In this document: positions 13,326 through 24,700 of the stretch, in pieces
Numbering within the stretch: the stretch's first letter is position 1
How the letters are laid out: each line of letters opens with the position of its first letter
From: Raillietiella orientalis
Taxonomy: Eukaryota
Reading direction: 5' to 3'
NCBI GenBank assembly: GCA_036172245.1
Contig: JAYWIR010000003.1
Span: 3,100,001-3,164,000 of the forward strand
Length of the DNA stretch: 64,000 nucleotides
Position numbers and translations under genes: made by a program
Notes under the pieces: generated by a model
Told to the model about the DNA's origin: nothing
What the model saw: only the letters and a program-made list of their open reading frames with translations
Database searches by the model: none

Positions 13326-14957
13326 CTATTCTCCAAGACTTAACCACAATTGATCTTCTTCAGTTGGAGTTTCCCTCCAATCAATCAGATCATGTTTCAG
13401 TGCCTGGGTATTTGATTTTCTATCTAATGTAGCTAATGGCTTGGATGAATCAGTGGGAATGTTCGATTTTGTTGAGTCACTGATAACATCCTCTGATTGG
13501 ACTGTGGATTCGTTTGTTTTAAATGCTGCTCCCAGTGATGTTGAACTTGAGTGCTCCTTGCTAGCAGAATTGCAATATGTGCATATAGCACTTCACTAAT
13601 TGTTGAAATGAATGTACCTGTCCATCTTGGAAGAGCAGGCTACTGTGTGCCCTGATGGCTGATTTGCCTGAGACAACATTCCAGAAATTTCACACCAGCT
13701 CTTCTGTCCTAGATCACTCATCTTGGATGCAAGAACAGATACTTGCTGACCCACATTATGGATAAGTTTATGCTCACGGATCTGAGACAAAATTTCATAT
13801 GTAAATCATATCACAATGGCATTAGAAAAATTACTGCTTCATTTAGTCTTGAAACCTTCTGACTGGCCAGATCTCCCATCTTAGCAGCATTTTCACTTGC
13901 CTGGCCAGCCAGGCGGCTAGCACCACATGACAGCAAAGACCAACCCTTAACAACTGTTTAGCAATATAATTCATTTGTTTGGAAAACTTACAGATGCTAA
14001 TGAATTTATTGCTGAGTCTAGAATTTCTTGAGATTGATACTTTGATGGTTGAACTGAATATCCAAATCCTTCATATCGGTTTTGATTTTGAGCAAACCCT
14101 GAATTTTCTCATGTTAATCTGTTTGTGCAATTGGAGTAAATTTCAACTTACTCGCACTAGTGTTATCCTTAGATGTTTCCTCTCTAAGACAACTACTGCT
14201 AATAGAATTGTTGCAAACACTGTGTTGATACAAGGCTGTATCTGATTGACTATAATGCATTGTAGGTGAAACAAGTATCTTCTTCTTAGCTGTTTCTAAA
14301 TCCCATGACTCTCCTTTTGATAAAGCAGCAATCTTTAGGAAATGGGTTAATCATGGTCACTATACGAATAAAAACTTTCAACCTTATCTCTATATAAGGC
14401 AGCTGCTCTACAATGGTATTTTTCTGTTATGTCCATGGAATGTTTATAATCAGGTTGACTACACAAGAACTCTCTTGCTTGTCTGTTACCTCCAACCTAG
14501 ATTGTGTCACAAATTGGAAAAGATGAAAAATTACATGCTATAACTTTTCACAAAAACAGGAGGATCATGTATGTATGTCATTACTGATCTCTTAGTCGAC
14601 ATTGAAAGATTGACCTTGATACTCACTTGCATTTTTTCTAGCTCTGTATCTTTCCATTTATCCATGGTGGCAGAGCGAACAAATGATAGGTGTACACCAA
14701 GGCTTCGGTGTTTTCCTGAACACTGTAGACAAATCCAGATGCCATAACTTACAGAGACCCATTGTGGATTCCTTGCACCACAGTCAAAGCATACCTTTAA
14801 AGTGACTTAATAAAAACGATTTCAAAGTGCAAAGGTAGATTTTATTATTCATAAGTAAAAGAGAATCATATGTGAAATAAATTGCATAAAAGTTTACATT
14901 ATTCTCATCTTTAGGCTTCAGATCGCCTAAGATCTTCCTTGTTCTCGGGCTAGCCAT
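13326..14957 (-). CDS. ARFGAP1: ADP-ribosylation factor GTPase-activating protein 1
   Basis: Start [20 protein letters not shown]; the next exon reads [41 protein letters not shown] (C-x2-C-x16-C-x2-C-x4-R ArfGAP zinc finger). Several short introns follow. The last exon 13560-13326 ends [21 protein letters not shown]. Confidence 0.93.
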
Positions 14958-17399
14958 CCCACCATCCCACATAAACACTTGGCAATTACATCATTAACAT
15001 CAATGCATAAATGTCATTTCCAATAAACACACGTTGTCGTGTGCAGCACCTATTGCTGACGTCCAAATCGGCATTTGCATTACCAAATAAGATCACATCC
15101 GTGTTTTGTTTAAATTAACATTACACACAAAAAAGTCTCATTGCCACATGTAGATCACATTTTTTATAATGTTAGAAGGTACATTATCCTTTTTTTTTCA
15201 TGTTATAAATGTTTCATTGCTATTTTGCAAAGTGCTGCAAGTGCTATTCATGTTTACAGACTAGGGAATCTACATTTCTTGTAAAGTCAGATTTCCCTTT
15301 TATTATATTATATTTATTTCCCTTTTATTCATATCTCATTTCATATTTCGGTTCTTTCTATATCTTTTCTGATGCATGTTATACAGGGATAAAAGTTGGT
15401 TTGCTATCGTCTGTGGAAAAGGTTCGACACCTCGAATCAAAATTCAACGATGAAAAACCCAGCTGGTTTTCGTAAAAACTCGAGTAAGCCAAAATAAAAG
15501 TTTTGAATATATTAATACAATTGATATTTTTTATCAATTACATAATGGAAGATCCGACATTGACAAATCTTTTATCTTGGAACCTCCATTCATATTCCTA
15601 TCGTATAGTACATTGAATGTTTCTGGATGTTTCGATCGAAAAAAAACAAATGTTCATAAATTAGTTTATGACTTATGATGTTCTACATGGAGTAATGTTT
15701 CTTTTGTCTCAAATGGAGCAGTACAAAATGCATTTCCAAGATTTTTAATTATTGCTTCTTAACAGAAGTTCATGGACTATGGATTATGAATTATAAAAAT
15801 ATATACATACTGTATAGAAAATAAAAACTTTCATTCTTAAATATGATTATAAAGGTTGTATTTTCTGTGGGGTAATAATGCTCTTGCTATTTTTTTTGCT
15901 TCAAATATTTATGTGTACAATTGTCTTCTGTTAACATATGGAATCCAAAGCGCCTACGCATCCTTAGTCCTCTCAGAATGGAACGTGGTCCTCTGAAATG
16001 AGTAAAATATCTCTTAACTGTTCGGCCTCATCAGTTTATTGGGTGCAACTATGGATTCTGCACACAGTTAAAAGTTAGATGCCAAAGATTTTTTGAATAT
16101 TTTACATCAATTTCTTTGAATAACAGTCGTTACTTTGTTATCGATAATTGATTGCATCATCCAACTGCCATTTATAAGATTGTGTTTTCCAAATTGTAAA
16201 GACATGTAGAAATAAGCTATTATTCTCGATGATTTTGAAATTCAAACACTAATTCAAACCACACTTAAGGGTGTGCTCCATATAAATCGTCGACTGCTGA
16301 AACCTGGAAAGTATCATGTACCTTCATGTTTTCGAAAACTGGAATGGATACACGTGGATGACAGTTTAGTTTCACTTTAGCGTTCTTGGACGCTCGTCAC
16401 TATCGTAGTTACATCAGTATCATGAGATCCTATATGCAACAGTAACATATAGATTCATGCTTGCTTAAAATGTCATTTGTTCCCTTTAATGCCATAAGCA
16501 ACACAATACTGCTTTGTTGCTCAGAGGCCACTTTCCACTGTAGCAATGAAACATTGACATTCTTATTTGATGTTCTATCATTTTCTGAATGCTAGACAAT
16601 TTTTCAGTGTATGCCTCCAAAATTCTAGTCTTTTAACTTCATAAGTGATTCTAGTCTTCGACTTGGATTCTAGATTTACTTAGTAGATTTGCAATTATTG
16701 CTGAAAACATCTGAAATACTTTAACTAGACAACAGATCATATACTCTCCTTCTTCTTCTGTTTCAGTTATTACTTTAATGTTTGATTTGCTTATCCCTAG
16801 ATGTCTAATTGCTACAAGAATAGCTGAAACATAGCAAAAAGTTATCGATGTTTCGACAATACAGTTGCCATGACTTATACAGGTGGACAGAATATGCCTT
16901 CAAGGGCAGAAGGATCCAAACGAATTAATAAAGGTCCAAAGTAATTAAGCTCTGCATTCGAAACAGACTTTCAGAGGTAAGTCTAAGTACTGTCATTCCT
17001 TTGTAGAAATGAAAAATTTCAAAATTCAGCATGCAGCAGTGCTAGAAGGATCCCAACATAGTTTTCGCTATCCAATGAGGCTTCCTGTTTGAATCATCAG
17101 ATTACAATCAAATAACCACTTTGTTAAGCAACCAAAATCTTGGAATCTTAGAATCACATTGGTAACAAAATGTACTGGGAAGTATATGCTTCATATTGGA
17201 GGACAAAATAATATGAGCTGAAAAAATTATAAAATATGCAGTGATGCAGACACTCATTTGCAGTTTTCTCAGAGCCAGGAAGAAGCAGAATTTGTGTATT
17301 TTTGTGACAAATAGTTCACGACTACCTGAAGAAGTGAAAAGATCAAAAATATCAGTGTTCTTTTTCTGGTCAATAGGAATAGATCAGAACAGTTCTCCA

Positions 17400-18250
17400 T
17401 CAAGTAAAAGTACTTGTTGTATGCCAAGGGAGTCTTGGGCATCGCATGCCATCCTGCACAAACTGTTTTCTAATCATCCTAAATTTAGGCAGGAGCTAGA
17501 AATAAACGAAAATAAAAATATTACAAGTAGTGCTCGGTGGACAGATCACAATAACTCCATGTTTTATGTAAGTGTTGACCCCGTGCACAAAACGAAAAAT
17601 TCTTCTAGCAAGGAATTTACATTCAGATTTTCTTCAGAACTCTTGCAACGCTATGACACACTTGCCTGCCGCATGTGGTATGATAATAAGAGGACAACAG
17701 TCTTGGTTTTATTGCATCCTGAGTGTAACCATATAATCGGAATCTTTCCCTTTTTTACTCATGAGAAAGAGATCAATAATGATGCATTGCCACAGTTTGT
17801 ACTTCTGCAGATCCTGAAGCTGCAGAAGTAGAAACATTCGAGCATCTTAATCAAGAAGAACAAACAGAGTTTGTTCTTGTTGATTGAGATGCCCTTGGGA
17901 TAATCAAAAGAGTCCACCGAAAGAAGTTTCTGCATAAGGACAGTTACGCCATTCATGGATGGGAACTGCGGGTTGGGTTCTCAAAGTAGATGTTGGATGT
18001 GGGGAACCGGTAGTGATGAAAGCGGAAGTTGTCTGAATGGGAGCTCTTTTCCATTTCTTCGTGATTACACGTTTCATTTGGCTTCCCTAAATTTACCGAG
18101 AACTGATACTCAGATATCTGTCCCTCTCCCACTGAGTTGGAGGCCACACTATCCCCGAGGTCCTTCAATTACTGACCAGCATTCTAAGATAAAATGTCTT
18201 TGCATAGAAATTTCAAACCTTTTCCAAATGAAGCAGAGTGAGGTTTGAAA
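17400..18250 (-). mobile_element. Decayed R2-superfamily (RLE-type) non-LTR retrotransposon fragment, second copy
   Basis: Minus-strand relic peptides: WERDRYLS (RT domain 7 YxYLG-like, ~18120), ITKKWKRAPIQ (thumb-like) and ENSLCRMACDAQDSLG (17411-17470; resembles the CRxxCxxxETLxH zinc knuckle). Stops and frameshifts throughout. 18105-18205 is a DNA-level paralog of 20522-20620. Confidence 0.45.
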
Positions 18251-18269
18251 GTTCATCGGATCTACCGAG

Positions 18270-21050
18270 GAAGAGGAAGCAGAAGAGAAAATAGGAAGGT
18301 GTCTGGTGACCGTTCGACCATGCAGGCGAGATCCAAGGAATCTCGTGAGTGTTTCTCTGAGAGCATCCTCTCGAGATGACCACAATATCGCACTTTTCGA
18401 ATTCGAAAGCACTAGTTCTTCAAAGGGGACTCGACTTATGCTGCTGAGAATGTCCCGAATGCTACTTAAAGGACATACTTGATTACCGGGAGAATGGTTA
18501 AATAGCGGGCATTTAACCATTTTAGACCAGATTTCAGACCAAATGAGGCAACTGTATTCAAGATGTTCACTTATCCTTTAGGAATTCTGATTTGGAATAG
18601 CTGTGAAGCATCAGAATTTTTAGTGTGCCGCTCCAACTGGAGTTTTTCACCACCGAGTTAGTAATTATCGGGGATAATGACAACATGCTCTTAGCACTGT
18701 ATTAATGAAGACAAGATATTTATGACGTAAGGAAGCATGGTGCTTTTTAGTCACCCAACACCAAACATCAACCATCACGACTGTGAATGAAATGTAGAGA
18801 AATTTTAAATTTCAGCCTCTCACTGAATTGACCTGTTAGGGTTTGCAGAGATAATTTTGGATATAGAAAATTATATGCATATACTAGGATGTTAATTGTT
18901 CTTGTGTTGATTTTGAACACGGAACATACACAAGGGGAATCATGGACCCTTTGAGTTGTCTAATTTAGTCGTCTAATTTGATCTGTTTGTTTCATCAGGT
19001 GGATAACATCAGTTTCTAAGTATGCCGTGGTGGTATTTGATATCGGTGAATCATATTGTGTATGATGATGACACCGAATTCGTTTGGAAGCTTTTCTATT
19101 ACTTATCAAGTTGTCTAGGGTTATCTGAAGATTTATTTATGAGTTCCTTGGAGAATGTAGTGGAACATTTGAGGCGTGGTCTGGCGCTTTATTCGGGCTT
19201 TTCCAATTTTCTTGATATGAGGGAAAAGACTGAAAAAATGTATTGTTGCTTAGAGGTAATCCCAGAGTTTGGTGGCCCTGGTGAGGAGCAACCCGTGGAT
19301 CTCCTGCAGCCCCGCAAACTGGACTACCTGGCTCCAGGAGTCCGTTTCCGAGTGGGCAAAAATCAACGGCTCCAGCGAAGTGGACTTCTGCCTTCGTCGA
19401 GGCAGGAACGCTGGCCAGCCCCTGCGGGAGATCGTTTCCAACCCACAGAAGCTTTTGTGGGCTTCATTCATCCCCCTTGCCCCAGTGCTACCCTCCCTCA
19501 GAGAAGCCAGGGACAGCCAAGAGGAGGCTTCGTATGAAGTGTCCTGCCTCATCGGGGGCAGGAAAAAACTAATGAAGGCGTGAACGTCCCGGGAACTAGC
19601 AGACGCTACAACCCCGAGTGTCCCGCCAAATGGAATTGTGCGCTGGAGCGAGCTGCTCGGCAAGCCTCCGGAGGAGGTGAAGTGGCCCCCGGCGTATTGG
19701 GACAGTGGCACCCTCCCTTTGGATTGGCAGGAGACGGCGCTGCTTGTGCTCCATTGGGGACTTTTGAGCAGAGCACGCCTGTCTCACTGGACATTGGGGA
19801 GATTGGATGCCCATTGTACAGAGTGTGGGGAAACGGAGACCTTCCCCCACTTACTAATCGAGTGTGTGTGCCCTCCGCCTCACGTGGGATCGACTCTCGT
19901 CGGCCATAAACGTACCGGTGGGCGACCCTGAAAATATTTTTCGTCTCCTCCTGATGCGGAACTCCCTGCCAGGTGCCTCGTGTGTTGCAGTTCTCTGCTG
20001 CATACGGGGAATATTGGACAAGTGGAACGCGTCAATAAGAGGCCGCAGTAGTCGGAATGACATCCACTGGGCAGTTATCTCCATGTAGAAGGCTTCCCGT
20101 TGGCGCCGGCTGAGTAAAATTCTGCCAGCACTTGTTCGCATCCGGAACCAGATGCAGAGGCCTCCCCTTGGCGAACCGTAATCCCTTCCCTTCCCTCTCC
20201 TCCCCATAAACATTGTCCCCCAAGCGTTTTTACTTTTTTTTGTTTTTATTTGCTCTTTTTCCCGTCCCCTTCGCCAGTGGAGAAGGCCTTATCGACACTC
20301 AAGTCGGAAAAAACAAGTGCATAAGAAATAAGAACAAGGTGTTCTGACAGGAACACAAATACAATTAATTAATAATTGACAGCAATTAATAATTGTAAAA
20401 ATATTTTTTAAATAATAAAAGCCCCGGCTTACCCGGGTGAAAGATCCCAGAGTTTCATTCACACCCACGAAAGGATTCTATCTGGTGACTGGTCAACTTT
20501 TCGTTTCTTATAAAGCATAATGAGACTCAGATATCTGTACCTCTCCCCCTAAGTTGGAGACCACTCTATCCCCGAGGTCCTTCGGTTACTGACCAGCGCT
20601 CTAAATAAAATGTCCTTACCGTTGGTTGTTCCATTCCTTGTTTGTGCTTCATGTCTTTAAGAAACAGTCCGTACTTCGAATTATCCATTTGCCAATGCAT
20701 GAAATTGCCGGATCGTTCCAAATGGCACACTCTCATCGAAGTATCCGATTATTCTCCACTGCCTCGCGTCGAGCCGGGGGACCTGGGCCCCAAGTCTCGA
20801 TCGTTTTTCCCCTCAGGGCACAAGCAAGCATACTGGGCAACGGCGTGCACCTATTCGTCCACTCCCTGGGATTCGAGGCTGAATGGATTCATCTGACTTC
20901 ATGGATGAACTCCCATCCCTGTGCCTCCGTACCGCGATGCAGGGCAGAGCCTGCCCGTGCCCAAGTGTTCAGCTGCATGCAATGTGTGTGTGACGGGGAC
21001 AGATGATCGTGGCCCCCTTTGCGTTTCTGTTGAGAGGGGGTCATATTCGG
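18270..21050 (-). mobile_element. Decayed R2-superfamily non-LTR retrotransposon, first copy, interrupted by the 19271-20443 insertion
   Basis: Relic motifs in the expected order on the minus strand: RGTEAQG (~20930, QG motif), VHAVAQYA (~20840, YADD position), ERYRYLS (~20535), then beyond the insertion IKKIGKARIKRQ (~19200, APLKPQQ-like thumb) and SRLHGR (~18325). Highly degenerate; boundaries approximate. Confidence 0.4.
19271..20443 (+). mobile_element. 5'-truncated L1/Tx1-like non-LTR retrotransposon (ORF2 C-terminus with zf-RVT, plus 3' UTR) flanked by a 12-bp TSD
   Basis: GC-rich insert. The frame 19269-19931 has one stop, then a frameshift: ...LHWGLLSRARL...HCTECGETETFPHLLIEC (Cx2C-x7-H-x4-C zf-RVT). 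The 3' UTR has a T-tract. Direct repeat atcccagagttt at 19259-19270 and 20444-20455. Confidence 0.8.
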
Positions 21051-21770
21051 GAAGGGCATCGATGTCAAATGTGCCTCCAATGTTATTATAGTGGGGGTTT
21101 ACAGGAGAAATACTTCAATGGACGGTTCGCGGCGTCCACGAGCCTTTACGTGGCGATGGCAGCGGCTGTTGGAGATTCCTTTACACTCATAACTATCTGT
21201 GGGGGTTTTGGGTTCGATCTCGATCGTGCCCAGTTAAGCATGGAAAATGGTGGGTTTTGATTAGGAGCTACAGTAACGTTGGTAGCACTTTCATGTGTGT
21301 GGGTTTTTCGTTTCCGTTCTCAGATGCCTAAAGAGAAAATTTCCTGTTTACAGTTGTGCCACAAAAACTGAGCACCAGTTTTGTAATCGCTCGGTTATCT
21401 CAGTAGCTTTTAAATGTCAGTGTGGGTGGATGAGTGGATTTTCGTAAATTTGATTCAGTGATGTGGTTTCATGAAGTGTAGACTGAGTGTGGATTGTGAG
21501 ATTAAAATTTATGGCCTCTGGAGTTGGCCAGATGCACATGATAAAATGAAATGTTTGAGTTACCCTAGATGTCACACCCAGTGATACTACTAACGGTGAA
21601 TTAATTGAAAAATTTGCATTCTCTAATCTAGTTCATGCTGCAGAACCAATACAATAGCCCAGCAATTAGCAATGCCAAGCACCAAAGTTGAAAAAATGAG
21701 TTCCTAATATTAATTGGCTCCCCTTTTTTGTTATTTTGTTTTCGTTTATGATTTGTAATAAGCATTGCAG

Positions 21771-24700
21771 ATGGAAAATGCAAATGAAGACTACAGCCAG
21801 CTTTGCCAGAGTCTTTTAGAATGGGTACTGTATACTAAATTGCATTTTGTAATTCCATTTTTGAATAATCTATAAATGAGAACCTCAGTTTTCATAGGCA
21901 AAGTTGAAAGTAAAGTTAAAATTGTGTCCCTAGTAATTTGTGTTTATTAGTGTTATAAAATAGCATAGTAGAGTTTTTTTCAGCTCAATACTATTAACAT
22001 CAAGGCTCCACACCAGTCTGTTGCAGACATTTCTGATGGCATTGCATTGGCTGAGGCACTCAAGGAGATGTAAGTTCCGATTTAAACCCAAGTTTGCTTG
22101 AGTGCATTGGCTGGTATGAGTTTGGGATTATTAAAGCCTGCAATCAGCATTTATGCGTTGCTAAAAAAAATGTCATAAACTGTAATTGCATATAGTTTTC
22201 AAAAGAGGTTACAATTTGCTGTAGGTGTTTCCTTTGTAAAAAGAATAAAGTCTGTTTTTCACTTTTTAGAAATCTTGTATGAAATAATGAATTTGTTACT
22301 TTGACAAAATTGTATTCTTAGTGGCCACTGGATTTTGTTTGTTGTCAGTGTGCAAAAGTTCAGGAGATGTGAAGTTATGATCATTATACAGGAAAAACAT
22401 TAGACATTACTCTAAGTTCCTTTCTTGTTTTGCTGCATTGATCTTTTTCATAAGTATCCCATCATAATGTTCAGCACGGTTCATCAGCAAATTTTTATTT
22501 GCATTAATTTCACTTCATTTTCTGATGTGTTTTAGTTCTAATTTGTTTGGATATTTTCCCAATGTATTATGATTATCTCTAGTTGGTTATTTACAGTTCT
22601 ATTCTGGTTTTTCACTTTTTGTGTTGTTGGGTCTATTTATTCTTACTAGATTTTTTTTGGTGAGTAAAGTTGTATGAAGGAATATTCTAATTGTAACATG
22701 CAAAAGTTTTTGTCTTCATATTTTGTGCAGTTCTTCCGTACTTTTCATTATTTTCTTTCCTTCATTTACATAACCATTATTCATACAGATTTAGATCTAC
22801 ACTTTAAACACAATGGTAAGTGTTCTTGTGATTTAATTAATGTTTGTCACAGCATATTGTTTAGCCAGTCATTTCCAATTGTTTTCAATTCTCTTTTTGC
22901 TAAGATTTGCACACAGTTAACTAAAAACCTTTATTTCTGTCATCATTTTTCACAAGTTTTCAGAAGTCTTTCAGATTGTGCAGTGCTTGAAGAGTGCTTC
23001 AGAAACCTTTCCCTAACTCTAATCCATTCTGTTAGAAAGGTAATACTGCGAAATTTTTGCTTTATTTGTAAATGGTTCCATCTTGATTGAATCATCTAAA
23101 GCAGTTAAACGGTTTGTTCAAAAGCATTAATGTCTGTTGATGTATTTTACTTCTGATATGCATGTATGTAATAATAGAGTAAGTCTGCATACTGAAATTA
23201 TTTCATTCATACAGTCTCAGAGTTCTCTTTTTGCAAAGAGAGGGTTTGAGATGGTTTATAAGCAAGAGGGAGTTTGAGGACCAGTACAGTTGAGCTACTA
23301 CACAGTAAAAGCAGGAGGAATTTAGAACAAGCACAGGTTCAAAAAAAATGGTCAGTTTTGTACCAAAGTTTGAAGTAAATGACAGTTTTTGAGCTAGATC
23401 ATTATATTTAAGATCATTATAATAGATCATTATACAAAAGTTACGTTTCAAATCTGGAAAACTATTAGACAGGAATTTAGGTTAAGTACTAAAGAGCTAA
23501 TAAATTAGAATTTGATGAACCTTTAAAACAAAAAATGGTTTGTTTTGAGACAAATATTGCTTTGATAAAAGTTACCAATAGGTTTGTTGATATCAGGAAA
23601 TGTTGTTTCATTAATCTTCATTCAGGAGTTAATCAAAATGTAGTCTGAATAGTCACGGAAAATAAAAAAATTCAACAGTTAGAAATTATTGAATGAACAA
23701 TAAAGAATTTCTAAAGGTTATACTGATGTGTAGGTATTAGATTGATGTTTCAGGATACTATTTTGAATTACTTGCAAGGTCAAAAATAATTGCTCCCAAG
23801 AGAATTGTCTTGAATATAAAATAGAAATGGGAATAAGATGGCAATAAGATTGGTTTAATTTAACTGAACTTCAAAGATTCAAAGATTTTAGCTTCTCCTG
23901 AGGAAGGAAATTTAAATTTAAAATGATATTGACATTGTACATCATTATTTCAATTATTTAAAAGTAATATGATTTTTAAATGTGTCATAATCAACACAGA
24001 ATTAGGAAGGACAACATTCTAATGTAATATCTTTATTGTTACCCATGTATCGTTTGCACGGTAATAATATAAATTATTTGCAGCATATGTACTATTTAAT
24101 TCCCGGTTTCAATAAATAGAAATGAAAAGCAAATCCTAGAAACTGTAATTTATTTTGAAAATTGTGCCTGTCTTCTTCGATTTACATCTAGAATGCACAA
24201 ATAAGCAAGTACTTTTTTTATGATGTGATTTGCCCATTGTAATCGTACACTGTGGAACAAGGAGCACATCTGTAATTGTTGAAAGCACAATCAAAATGCC
24301 TTCATGGTTTTCTGATATCTGCATAGCATTAATGAAGGATTGTATTGCATGAGTAAAACGCAGATTCATATTTCACAGTACATGGAAATATCAAGAAGGC
24401 TTTGCTTGAGCTAAATTTATGTTAATGAAATAAATGACATGATGTGTATTTCTGAAAATCAAATTCTCCGAATAGAATTCAATTAGTGGTAATTAATTTT
24501 TGTGAGATCTACTTCTTAGCATACCTTTTTATTTAAAAAAAAAACCACTAAATAAAAAGGTACGCTAAGAAGCTTAAAAGAGGTATGCTAATGCCTTTTT
24601 TTTTTTTTTAAAAAAAAAAAAAAGTATTATTCAGTAGGTGATGAAAGAATGGTTTTCATTTTGAGATTTTTGTGTGTTGATTCTTTGTTTCTCAAAGAAG

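Noticed and set aside
16015..16045. Minus-strand ctgatgaggccgaac, hammerhead-like core
   Set aside because: GAAC rather than GAAA, and no closing stems I/III.
17241..17831. 196-aa plus-strand ORF
   Set aside because: No motif; it lies antisense to the decayed R2-like relic.
22078..22102. tttaaacccaagtttg resembling the nematode SL1 leader
   Set aside because: Partial match only, at the start of an intron, with no following donor, Sm site or SL RNA fold.
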